Part shown: piece after piece, positions 1 through 12,180 of the stretch
Position numbering within the stretch: the first letter of the stretch is position 1
Layout of the letters: each line of letters opens with the position of its first letter
Source of the DNA: the human T2T-CHM13v2.0 reference genome, Homo sapiens
Reading direction: 5' to 3' (one strand)
Assembly: GCF_009914755.1 (NCBI RefSeq)
Contig: NC_060933.1
Length of the DNA stretch: 64,000 bases
Made by a program: the position numbers and the translations under genes
Notes under the pieces: model-generated
The model's input: only the letters and a program-made list of their open reading frames with translations
Database searches by the model: none
What the model was told of the DNA's origin: nothing

Positions 1-454
1 CACTTCTACTAAATGGAATGATCCTGATCTGGACTGAAAAGCAACCATGGGCAATTATCATTTTGAATAAATGGAGGAAAATCAATAGTTATTTCTTTTT
101 CCATGGAAATGGAAATACTGAGGCCACGGTGCACTGGCTGCTGTAAAATATGTATCATTAGACTCTCTAAATTCATAAGATATAAATGATTTACAACAAT
201 CATAATTCAACAGGAACACAGTCAACTTTCTCAGACTAAATGCTTTTATGCCCATGAATTGGAAGTATGCATGATGGTCTTTGCTTGTACATGTTGCTAT
301 TTATTTATCCTGAGTCTTTCTATGTCATTATTGCTTTATGATTTGTCCTTTTTTATAGCTTTTTAGTATCTAGTCGCTTCTATTACATCTTTGTGTCAGG
401 TTGAAAATCAGAGCTAAAAATAAAGCCAGGGAAATCAAACAGTGATGCTTATAA

Positions 455-1000
455 TAACAAGTTATTGAGCACCTACTTGCATAGGCTAGGCACTATGCAA
501 GGTTTTCAGAATGACCACAATGAATAAGACACAGGCTGTGCTCTATAGGATCTCACAATCTACAGAAGATGAGAGACTGTGAAGGCAGATGGGAGACTAT
601 GAAGGCTCCATTCTACCAAAAGGAGCTGTATGTGGGAGAGGCTGATATAGAGCACAGCAAGAGCATGGAGGATGAGGTGAATGTGGGCCCAGGAGGATAC
701 CAGGGTATGAGCTGGAGGGAATACTAGGGATGGGAGTTGTGGTAAGATTACAGAGAGGAGAAGATTTTTAATCTGAGACTTGAAGGAATTTAGGTTTTGG
801 CCAGGTAGTTAGAGTGAGAAGAGAATGAAATTTTAGTAAATGTCAGAAAGAGACAAAACCACATCCAGTAGGGTATATCATTTAAGGGAAACTGTAAGTA
901 TCTTGAAATGGATGGGACATACGATCTACATGGTGTTATGTTAGGAGAAGCTATAAAAACAGATGAAAAATATGAAAGGTAGTTAGCAATGAAATAAGGA
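455..1000 (-). mobile_element. L2 3' fragment (approximate ends)
   Basis: aacaagttattgagcacctacttgcataggctaggcac is the antisense L2 3' end, followed by degenerate purine-rich L2 sequence. Confidence 0.6.
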
Positions 1001-1769
1001 AGATATTGGGTTCCATCAAGATAACAGGTTCCTATGTTATGCTAGGAACCTATTGTATCTGACCAACAACAGTAAACATTGCTGACTTTGAGACCAAAAT
1101 GCCAGTCAAACATTGGCAACCCAAATCTTTCTAATCTGAAAAGGGAGCTCAAAATTCTTCCCTGAATGTAAAAGTGTCTAAGAAGTCTTAGAATGGTGGA
1201 CAGCTCTCCTGTTGGGACCTACTTGTTTACAAGAACTATCCCAGTCCCTGAACAACTAATTCCAATGTAGAAAAGTCTCTTTGCTGAAAAAAGGGAGGTC
1301 TTTAGCTTGAATAGGAAAATGGGTGAGATAAACATGACAAGTCAATACCAAGAAACCAGTTTCGCTAAAATTTGCTCTGTTCCCTCAAAGTTATTTTTTT
1401 GGCTTCATTATTACCTTTATTGACAAAGTAACTTTTCATTAACAAGCATGACAAATATTTCAGTTACACAGCCAACTGTGTCAAGTCGTTTCATATAATG
1501 AAAAAGCAGGGATATAGATTGTGTTGTTTATTCCTCACAAATTATTCTTTAGAGGGAAGACCCTCTAAAAGGCGGAGAAAGCTTTAAACATGTTTACTTG
1601 ACAGCACCTGAAAAATGATGTCATTACAGTCTAAAGTGAACTGATCATCAATTTGGTATTTGTGTTTTGGAAGGCCTTTCCCTTGACTGTTTGAGGCAGT
1701 AGAAAGTTTGCATGATTGGGCTGAACAGATTGTAGCACCCACAGAAGGAAATAAGATGTTCTTGATATA

Positions 1770-2593
1770 CAGTCATGTGTTGCATAATGACACTTTGGTC
1801 AATGACAGACCACAAATACAATGGTGGTCCCATAAGGTAGTAATAGAGCTGAAAAAGTCCTATCACCTAGTGACATCTTGATGATTCTGACCCTGTGCAG
1901 GCCTAGTTTAATGAGTGTGTTTGTGTCTTCATTTTTAAGAAAAAAGTTTAAAAAATACAAAGATAAAAAATTTTAAAGACAGAAAAAAGCTCATAGAATA
2001 AGCAAATGAAGAAAATATTTTTGTATAGCTGCATAATGTGCTTATGTTTTAAGCTAAGTATTATTGCAAAATAGTCTAAAAGTTTTAAAACGTTAAAAAG
2101 TTTACAAAGTAAAAAAGTTACAGTCAGCTAAGGTTAATTTAGTTTTGAAGAAATAAAATTTAAAAAATAAATTTAGTATAGCCTAATTATACAGTGTTTA
2201 TAAAGTTTACAGTAGTATACAAAAATATTCTAGCACTCACTCAGTGACTCACCCAGAGCAACTTCCAGTCCTGCAAGCACCATTCATGGTAAGTGCCCTA
2301 TTAAGGTGTACTATTTGTATCTTTTATACTATGTTTTTATTGTGTCTTTTCTATGTTTAGATACACAAATACTTACCATCGTGTTACAGTTGCCTACAGT
2401 ATTCACTACCACATAGTAACATGCTATACAGGTTTGTAGCCTACAAGCAATAGGCTATACTATATAGCCTAGGTGTGTAGTAGGTTATACCTTCTAGGTT
2501 TGTATAAGTACACTCTATGATGTTCATGACAAAATCACCTAATGATTCATTTCTGAGGATATAGTAACCCCATCGTTAAGCAATGCATGACAG
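1770..2593 (+). mobile_element. Tigger3-family (MER7-type, TcMar) DNA transposon fossil
   Basis: TA|CAGTCATG...CATGACAG|TA: terminal inverted repeats with a TA target duplication. The 5' sequence resembles the Tigger3 consensus. Confidence 0.85.
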
Positions 2594-2844
2594 TATATGT
2601 AACCTGTCCAGGGGAATCTTTGCTTCCTTTTCAAGTCACATGGTTTGGACCCAGAACTATTAGTCTTTGAGAGTATATTTCACTCCTTCCTAATTCCAGA
2701 GCTGCTTGGATGAAGTTCTACTATGACCTTTAACATACAGTGTTTTTCATCTCTCTTATGGGACAGTTATGGGCCCAATGATGGAAAATTTCATGTCATG
2801 GTTATCCCAATGCATTTGATGATGGTGCAATGATCAAAAAAGAT

Positions 2845-2954
2845 GCCAGTGATGACAATTGAACGTCCCTTTGCCTTCCCAGCCTCCTTCATATATTCTC
2901 AGGCATAGGATGACAAAGGGAAGTCCACGAGTCACATGAAGAAAGACTGTAGCC
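2845..2954 (-). ncRNA. MIR204: microRNA precursor mir-204 (5p at 2901-2922, 3p at 2863-2883), intronic and sense to TRPM3
   Basis: Reverse complement contains UUCCCUUUGUCAUCCUAUGCCU (miR-204-5p) and GCUGGGAAGGCAAAGGGACGU (3p) in a hairpin. Basal UG at -14/-13 and CAUC (CNNC) 18 nt 3' of the 3p end. TRPM3 is the established host gene. Confidence 0.98.
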
Positions 2955-3356
2955 ATGGGTACGCGATCAGGAAGTCCTCTGCTTGCCTCCACCCCCACCC
3001 TCCTTTCCATCACCCTGTCCTATGGGTACATGATCAGGAGGTCCTCTGCTTGCCTCCACCCCCACCCTCCTCTCCATCACCCTGTCCTATGGGTACATGA
3101 TCAGGAGGTCCTCTGCTTGCCTCCACCCTCACCCTCCTCTCCATCACCCTGTCCTGTGGGTAAATGATCAGGAGGCCCTCTGCTTGCCTCCAACCCCACC
3201 CTCCTCTCCATCACCCTGTCCTATGGATACACGATCAGGAGGTCCTCTTCTTGCCTCCAACCCCACCCTCCTCTCCATCGCCCTGTTCTATGGGTACATG
3301 ATCAGGAGGTCCTCTGCTTGCCTCCATCCCCACGCTCCTCTCCAGCACCCTGTCGT
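2955..3356. repeat. Minisatellite, 6 x 67 bp
   Basis: Units start at 2955, 3022, 3089, 3156, 3223 and 3290. Consensus ATGGGTACATGATCAGGAGGTCCTCTGCTTGCCTCCACCCCCACCCTCCTCTCCATCACCCTGTCCT, with a few substitutions per unit and no indels. Confidence 0.97.
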
Positions 3357-3589
3357 ATTTCTTCCTAATATTGTTTCTCCACCATCTTGCAACTAACCAC
3401 CATCTTCTTCCCAAAGTTTTGCTTGATGACTCATTCCAACTGAATCAATGCTCAACCTATATTTGGCACAGAGTTGGTGCTCAAATAGTTGCTGAATGGA
3501 ATAATGACCCTCAAACTCTCCAAGGTAACCAAACTTTAGGGGAGCCTTTTTAAAAAAATGAGATAATGCTTCCATGTGTAGGATGAAAG

Positions 3590-3805
3590 GAGAAAGTATT
3601 TTGGAATTATGTCAGCCTAGGTTTGCACCCAGCTGTCCCACTAATTGGATTTAAGGCAAAGGCTTAACCTCTTGGAGGTGCCATTTCATCAACTGTATAA
3701 AAGGAAGAAAATAATCCCTATCTTGAAGGGTTTTTGTGAGTATTAAAAGAGATAGTATATATGAAAATGCCTAGCATGGTTCTTGGAACCTAAATAAATG
3801 CTCAT
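3590..3805 (+). mobile_element. MIR (approximate ends)
   Basis: Degenerate MIR core: cttaacctcttggagg...tttcatcaactgtataaaagg...gggtttttgtgagtattaaaagaga. Confidence 0.6.
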
Positions 3806-4028
3806 TCCCTCCTAGTAGTATCCCAATAGTGCCGTCAAGCTGTCCTATATGGTATCTTTAGGATGATAAATAATAGGGAGTAACTAATTTCTGATGTGGT
3901 TGAATGTCAGAAGAGATAGAGATAAAACAACAGTCATAGGGAGTGATACTGTTAGGAAATTATAAAGGAAATGAAGACTTCTGTGGTTAATTTCTTGGAG
4001 TTTAAGAAGAAATTCACATTTTCCATTA

Positions 4029-4142
<114 letters not shown>

Positions 4143-6096
4143 CTACACCCTGTGGTTGCATACACATTTTATTAAAGCAGATGGATTACCCAATTTACAT
4201 AAATTTATATACGTGATGGCAACTCAAGTTGCACAGTGAAACCTATGTAGAGCATCATCCAGCCCTTCTGCACCAGCTATATCTTGTCTTATCACTCCTT
4301 CAACTGGACAGGTCCTTAAAAATCATAGCTCTTTGCTGGAGGAAGTATCATTCTTTATTCTCTTCCAGCCTAGATAGCTTCTGTGGTGTGGAAAGGGTCA
4401 AATGAGTTAATATCTGTTAAGTGCTTGTACTGATGCTTAGAACTTAGTAAAACCTCAAGAAATCTTAGTTGTTGTTATATTAATTATAATGATAATTATG
4501 AATCTTCCAATTCTGTGTTTTCCAGGAGACGATAGGAATTGAATTCTTTCCTTCCCTCCTTTTAATAACATTTTCCTGATTTCTAGAGAAATAAGTGTTC
4601 TAGTTTCAAGTGTTTAGCTACTTTTGACTTAAAAGAACTATCCATTTAGAGGCTAATCTACCCAGTTTCTTTTCTTTTCTTTTTAAAAGAGGAATTGAAA
4701 CAAAGCTAACATGTTACTCAACATGCATAATATTATTAATTGGACTGATTCCTCTTTCTCTCTCTGGCCAAGGTATAGATATAAATATATCTACATCTAT
4801 GACTATGTCTACATATCTTCCAAAAAAGTCATCAAAACCATTTCAGTATAATTGGCAGGTTTCCTACCAATTTGGTTATTGTTTCCCAAACTAGGAGATA
4901 AACTTAATGGTAATATCATATTTCTGGAGTTGCTAAGCAAGCTAGCCTTTGGTCAGATGGTCTCAGAGGAGGACCCCATGAGTATGAACAGCTCTGCTCT
5001 GCCTTCATTTTGTTCCTTCCTTAGAGACAGCATTAAGGGAAGATCCCAAATCCTCAAGTTAGATCTCTAGACCCTAGCTTCCTAGGATCAAGCTAGACTT
5101 TGAGAGCAGCCTCACTTGTGGCAAATATTGGGAAGTAGGAGTTTGGCAGCTGGTAGCTGGCTGGTGAGAGGCATGTAGGAACTCACCCACTTTTCATGAA
5201 ACATCAACATCACTTGGTTATATGTCAGCACCCATACCCTGGCAAAGCTGCCTTCTCATAAGAATGTACTCACTGGGGAAAATGCAAAGCAATATCACTT
5301 GAAGCACAGCCTCTAAGGGTTGGTTCCTCTGGATTCTCAATAGTTTGTAAAATGGCCAACCAAGAGCAACTACTGTACATTTTCCAGAGAGTTCCTAATT
5401 AATGTGTTTCTGAGGACATAAATTCGGCTTTTAAGCACATACTCCCCAGGCCATTCTAGCACTGTGTATGGCAATTAGACTGCTGGCTTAATACTATCAG
5501 CAAAGTTTCAAATAGACAACACCACAAACCCTCCTGGAAATTTAGCACAAGCACTTGTTAATGGAACCAAGCACAACATTGGCTTAGCTATGTCTTTCCT
5601 GCAGAGTGAATGGCATGCTGGTATTTTCAGCTTCTTTTTCCCCCATTTATCAAACTCTAATGAAAAAAAATTAAGTAATACTTTAGTGAAGGTCAAGTGG
5701 GGTGAGATTAGTGGTACTATGGTTAAAAATGGAAATCTCTGGATAGCAGGTATGTGTTATGTCCGCAAATTGTCTCAATATTTTCTTAATTACCTTTCAG
5801 GACACAATAGAAAAAAATGGTCTTAAGGGGGAAAATTAGGAATAAAAAGTGAAACTAAGGTAGTGACACAAGGCTGGGCAAAGAAGAGCAGACAAGGAGT
5901 TTAGAGTTCAGGTTCAGATAAAAGCTCTACCAAGGTAATTCACGTAATGAATTTAGTCAGAACACGTGACTGTGATTTTTTTTACAAGTGGCTTTCCTAT
6001 CTGCAAGATGAAAGCAATGCGCTAAGTGATGCTCATTGTCTGAATTCCTGTAGCACTTTATATTACTAAAGGGCACTTAACATCTACTGCTTTGTA

Positions 6097-6545
6097 CTAT
6101 TCACAATAGCAAAGACATGGAATCAACCCGGGTGCTCATCAGTGGTGGATTGGATAAAGAAAATGTGATACATATACACCAGGGAATACTATGCAGCCAT
6201 AAAAAAGAATAAAATCATTATGTCCTCTGTAGCAACATGGATATAGTTGAAGTTGGAGTCATTATCCTAGGCAAATTAACATAAAAACAGAAAACCAAAT
6301 ATCACAAATTCTCACTTATAAGTGGGGGCTAAATCTTGGGTGCATACAAACATAAAGACAGAAATAATAGACACTAGGGACTCCAAAAGGAGGCAGGGGC
6401 TGAAAATCTTCCTATTGAGTACTGTGTTCATTATCTGGGGTGATGGGATCAATAGAAGCCCAAACCTCAGCATCATGCAATATACGCTTGTAACAAAACT
6501 GTACCTGCACCTCCCGAAACTAAAATAAAAATTAGAGAAAAAAAA
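6097..6545 (+). mobile_element. L1 3' end (L1PB / old L1PA type)
   Basis: tattcacaatagcaaagacatggaatcaacc...ttctcacttataagtgggggcta..., ending in an A-rich tail. Confidence 0.85.
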
Positions 6546-6589
6546 CACTTGCTGCTTTATAATGCAGCTCTTTGCATACAGAGAGGCTG

Positions 6590-6800
6590 TAGAGCACAGT
6601 GGTTGAGGCATGGGCTAAGAGGCATACTTCTTGAGCGTGCTATTTACTAGCAGTCTGACCTTGTGCCTCTTTGTGCTTCATTTTGTTTCTGGTAAATGGG
6701 AGTAATAAAGGTATCCCCTTAAGGGTTGTCATAAGAACTAAATCAGTTATTTCTTGTAAATTGTTTACAATAGCACTCAATCAACACTAGTTGTTATTAA
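6590..6800 (+). mobile_element. MIR (approximate ends)
   Basis: agcacagtggttgaggcatgggct...tatttactagcagtctgaccttg...ggtaaatgggagtaataa. Confidence 0.6.
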
Positions 6801-7709
6801 CTTATTTGTAAGACTAAGCTCTTCAAGTATACAGCTATACCTTATTTATCTTGCTACCCCTACAGTGCCTTGAGCATTACAGATGCACCAGCAAATACAG
6901 TAGAGAAAGCGCTTAATAAAAAGTACTGTCAAGAGAAGATATAACAGAGAGCAGTCACAATTTATTTTAAATAACAGATATTTTGAGTTCTTATTTTTGC
7001 CACATCTTAAAAAGCTGAAGAAGTTTGACATGTGTTTAGCTTCCACATGAGGTGTCTTAGAAGTTCAGTGGGGTGGAGTACAGAGAGAAGCACGTTTTTC
7101 ATGGTGAGCACACAGACAATATTGACCGTGAAACCAGCGGTATATGAGCTGCACCATAACGGGTTGTAGGACACTGGGGAAAGGGAGCTGGACTTTGGGG
7201 TGCCTAGGAACATGATGAAGGAGCACGATGGACAATTTTAGCTCCACTAGATTGTTCTCATGATATGGATGTAAACATGGGACATTTTCAGTATCTCCAA
7301 TATAATAGTATATCTGGCTACAGCTAAGAATTGGGAATACACCTAGGCTTTTAGTCATTCACCAACCCTAAAGGGGTAAAATAATTTTGATTCTGATTTC
7401 AGCCATTATAAAATGTAAGCATCAAATGTATTACATTGGTCTCATCAGTTTTATACACATCCTTTATATGTGATTTGAAAATACTGTTCTCTCTAATGTC
7501 CTTAACCAGCCTCTCTTATGTTTCCTGACCTGACTCTTTCCTTTTGTTTTAAAAGGAGAAGCGGATTGCCAGAAGTAAGCAAGAGAAAAGAAGGTATGTC
7601 AAACACAGCTGTGGGGGCACTTGACCCACAGGTCAAGAATGATATCCATACCCTTGAGGGAGAAAGGCACCCAACTCCTAGGCCCTGTGAATAGACTACT
7701 TTCAAAGGT

Positions 7710-7801
7710 TTTCTTCCCTTCCCTCTCTCCCTTCCTGCTTCCCTCCCTCTTTCCCTCCCTCTTTCCCTCCCCCTCCCTTCCTTTCCTTTTCTTTCTTTTT
7801 T
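7710..7801. repeat. CT-rich polypyrimidine/polypurine tract
   Basis: About 90 bp of almost exclusively C/T (ccctt, ctttccctccct units). Confidence 0.85.
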
Positions 7802-8660
7802 CGTTATAAAAGCAATATTTTCTCATTGTAAAAAACAACATCAAGCAATTTTTAAAGGTATAAAGTGAAAAGTGTCACTCCCTGTATTTTTTCTCCCACC
7901 TCAAGTCTCACTCCCTGGAAACTGTAACTAATCAATGTTCACCTGTGTCCTTTCAGGTATTTTTATAAGTATATATATGTAATTTTAAGAAAATATAATA
8001 TGATTATACTGAACATACAGTTGTACTATGTACAACTTTTAACTTGAGAAAAGAACAAACATACCCTTGAATATCTTTTATGTGAGCCCAACAGCGGTAT
8101 TACATTATTCACAATGATTTCAGAATATTTCACTATATATTGACATATAATTTGTTTAGTTGCTTACTGATGAATCTTTAGGCTATTTCCATTTTATTAC
8201 TGTAAACAATATTGTGGTAAATATATGTAAAATGAATTCCTAGAAGTAAAATTATGGGGCTAAAGGGTACATATATTTCATATTTAATAGGGGCAGCCAA
8301 ATTGTCTTCCAAATAAGACTGCGCTATTTATGCACCCACAATAAATGTGTAAGTACATATTTCTATATATACATAATGACACTCAATATTTTTAATCTTT
8401 GGCTTTTGCCAATTTGATAGGTTAAAAAATTGTTTTAATTTTCATTTATTCAATTATGAATGAGGTTGAGCACTTGTATTTTCTTTCCTATGATCTTCCT
8501 GCGGATAGATTTTGCTCACTTTCCTATAAGGATTTTAATATTTTTCTTTTTGATTTGTAGATACTCGGCATATTATGGAAATTAGCTCTTTGTCATTGTT
8601 GTGAATATTTTCTTTGCATTGCCACTTGTCTTTTGCATTTGTTCACTGTATTTTCTAATA
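7800..8660 (-). mobile_element. Ancient L1ME-type fragment (approximate ends)
   Basis: Antisense L1 3' motifs such as aattcctagaagtaaaattatgggg and tttgccaatttgatagg...tgaggttgagcac. Confidence 0.6.
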
Positions 8661-9999
8661 GGGTTTTTTAACAGTTAGTTTATTTTTCTATGGAAGCTTA
8701 GCTTGTGTGAATGAAAAAGTTACAATAGCTATGAGTTTGATATTATGAAATGATGGAGGAAAAAGATGTTAAGCCAGAAGCTGAGCCAAGAAATTGTTTT
8801 ACAAGAGTACAGCGAGAGAAAAGTCAAGGTTTATTTTCAAAGTGCTTGCTTGTGGTTTCACTAAATCTGTAAGACAACAGATACTCCTAGGCTTTGTTCA
8901 CTTAACAAGATGGAAAGGAAATCTCAGCTGTCTATAGAGCTACCATTTAGGTTTCATTGAATAATGCAAACTAGAATTATATGAAAAAAACTAACTAGAG
9001 TTGGATTCTCTGTATCTTGATCTCTAAAACAAAGTGACCCAGTTCACTATTTATTGAGAGAACTCTAGCTAGTAATTATCTTTTCATAATTGCCATCAGC
9101 AAACACATCCAATTATATATTTACTGGCATTCCAAAGGCGTCAAGAGCCCTTCAGGACTGTCTGTATCTTGCCAAATCATTAGTTATCACTTAGGTGTTA
9201 TTAAAGTATAAGAATGTCAAGTTAGATAATTGGTGTAAGAATCCTTTAAATCCCTCACAAACCCATCTGCTCATCAGAGCCTCCTAAAATGTTTCAACAG
9301 AGTCAGAGGATGGCTGCTTTTATTCCCTGAGACAGGTCTCTTGTTCTTTTCCCCCAAGAGGGCCAAGGCCCAGTTATAACCTTTTTTTTCCAGGATAGAT
9401 TTGAGAGGCTGGCCAACCTCCATTCTACCACCTGCTGCCAAGATTACTGGCATGTGTAGATGACATTAGAATTATCTTCCAGGATTCATCTTAGAAGCAT
9501 TAACATCAAAAGTACAGTGTCATAGAAACACTTCTATTTATTTTTAATATTTTGGAACTTAAAATGTTACGAAATGATGTGTAACAAAATATGTGGTAAA
9601 GGATCCATTAGAGAATGCACATGCATTAATGCATGGTGCTGCATATGCGATTATTATTTTGAGGCTAAGGGGATCTGTTTAGGTTTGTTAACTTAAAAAG
9701 TTAACTAAACCAGGATGGTCTAAAATAATCCATATCTTTTTAGGCAGTTTGTCTTAATCTGATTTCCACAGCTAGTGCAAGACTTATCACTAAGAAGCTC
9801 ACAGGTAAAGAGCAAAAGGGCAAGATATGACTTGCAGCTGCAGGAGCTATTTATGAGTGAGGTTCTTCAATGAGCACGTTAGAATACACAGACATATCTT
9901 ATTTATGAGTGGCAGATAAATTTTATCTCATGTGCCAACTCCAGCCAACTCTTAATGACCATCTGTCTCTCAATATCTAGTCTTCCTTTCCTTCATACT

Positions 10000-10410
10000 G
10001 ATAGGATTTTAGCTGGCTATGCATTTGTCCAGGATAAAGACTACATATTTCTAATCACCTTTTAGTAAGGTGTTAGCATGTGACAAAATACTGACACATA
10101 AGATGTGAGCTAAAATGGTGTGTGTGACTTCCTCACTGTGCCTTCGAAAGGAAGGGCAGGGCCTCCCCTTGCTCTTTTTTCCTGATTGCTTCTGGCCAGA
10201 ATGTAGATGTGACAGTGGGCTCTCATGGACCATGCAAACAGGAATGCCAGAGCAAAGGAGATGAAATGAGTCCTCACAGGAGTGAGGCACCCACATCAGA
10301 GCTGAACTCATGTTCAGAGTAACATATGAATAGGAAAAATTCCTGTCTCATTGAAGCATCTATTATTTTGAGTCATTGTTACTGAGGCAGAACCTGTGTC
10401 CTAACTAAGG
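10000..10410 (+). mobile_element. MLT1-type MaLR LTR (approximate ends)
   Basis: gactacatatttc...gatgtgagctaaaatggtgtgtgtgacttc...gtcattgttactgaggcagaacctgtgtcctaac. Confidence 0.6.
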
Positions 10411-11989
10411 CTTTATGGTTATAAGGTGTATCGAGATTCAGCGGGGAAAGTGTCATGCTAGGTTGGCAGTGTTGGGTAAGAGACCGGAAGATCTCCTGCC
10501 AATCTAATCTCTTACTACATGAATACACAAGTTACTCCAAAATGGAAAACTCCCCAGAAGAAATTCTCATTAGAAACTCATACCTAACTTTTGTCATCTT
10601 CCTATCTCTCTGTGCTACTACAGACCACCCAGTCTTGGCCTCTCTTTATTTAGTATAAATGCAAATAAATGAGACTTATCTAACCATCATAATAAGAATA
10701 AAAATAAATATGTCATATTTATTATATATTGTTTATTCATATATATAATCTTTAAAAAAAGCTTCCCAGGAAACTACATGTTTATTTCAATCATGTTGAC
10801 GTTACTAAAATATTTTTGGTTTTTTTTGGAACTGTTATTTCTGTTATAATAAAGTGACTGGGTCAAGTCACTTAAACTTTTTTGAACATTTGTTGTGCAC
10901 AACATTAACGTCAGTGTTGGCGTCAGAGACATTGGTAAATTTATTGAGGATGTCAGTGGTGCTCGCTAGATAACCTCTGTCAGATTCCCATGACAAATTG
11001 TCTTCATCATTTAACAAGAGAAAACTACTAACACATATAGGGTTTTTACTATATAGTCCAGGGAAATGAAAGACATATGCCAGAAATGGAATGTGAATTT
11101 TTGAAAAGCATGATTCATGAATTTATTCATTCACTCAAGATTTATATTAGCCCCCTGGCCTATTTTCAAAATAATTCTCAGTAATTTATAGATTATATGT
11201 TAGAGTTCTCTTTGCATTCAATTTAGTAACTCTTTATTCAGCTAGAAACTTGATTTATTAAATGATATCCTGGGCAATGCCCTCGAGTTAGAAGGCTGTC
11301 CAGAGACCCGCAGGTAAAGCGCCCACATTTCTGGGCCCTTGCCTCTCCCCAAAGTCAGCTAATAACTGTGGACTGTAGGATTTCTCTGCGCATCAAGGAC
11401 TCTGACAGGAAGGTGCTCAGCTTTGAGCACATTTCTGGAGTCCCTTAGCCTGAAACATATAAAGCAGTGGTGCTAAGAGTGGGTGCGGCCGAATTGGAAA
11501 TTCTGATCTAATTTACTTCATGAGTTAGTTCTGCCTGTTAAGCAAGTCAGTGTGTCTCTTCCCATGAAAAACAGCCTCCTACAGCTATAATGGAAGAAGG
11601 TCAATTTAAGTATATTTAGTTTTCAAATATGCTGAGAGCTCTAATACAGACAATGACTTTTGTCCTCATCTGGGAGAGAACAGGTTTAAGATTCAGTGCA
11701 AGTGAAATTAGATATGAGGAAGAACTTCCCAATAGCAAGTGGCATTAGGATTTGAAGGAGGTACCAGGGCTGATGTCCGGCTTGCTGTGGATTTAGGACG
11801 CCAGAGCCTTCACAGGTTTGTTAAATACATATTTTGAATCTCACTGCCATTCACTAGTAACATTTCCTCTACATATGTCTTTACACTTGTATAGGCTACC
11901 TTAGAAGGGTATGGTCTTGACAAGTGAGGAGAGGGTTATGGGAAAGATTTAGAAAAAACAAAAAGAAAACTCAGGGTAACATGCTCCGA

Positions 11990-12180
11990 GTAGTGTTTCC
12001 TAAGAGATGCTGTTGGTATCTGGGCCAGGCGACTCTTCATGTGAGACTGTCCTGCATATTGTAGGATGTTAACATTCCTGGCCCCTCTCCCATGCCATTA
12101 ATAAGCACCAGAAATTGTGACAACCCCAAATCCCACCTCTCACATTTTAAAATGTCTCCCAGGGGAGGCACATAATCATA
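11990..12180 (-). mobile_element. MER20-like hAT-Charlie element
   Basis: ctgtcctgcatattgtaggatgttaacattcctggcc...ttgtgacaaccccaaat...aaatgtctcccagggg resembles the reverse complement of MER20. Confidence 0.65.

Noticed and set aside
2955-3396. ORFs 2955..3167 and 3097..3396, and a CRISPR-like look of the array
   Set aside because: The ORFs are frame-rotating translations of a 67-bp unit, antisense to TRPM3. The units are contiguous with no unique spacers and there are no cas genes, so this is a eukaryotic minisatellite.
7599-7844. K/R/E/G-rich and F/P/S/L-rich ORFs
   Set aside because: Low-complexity translations of the CT tract.
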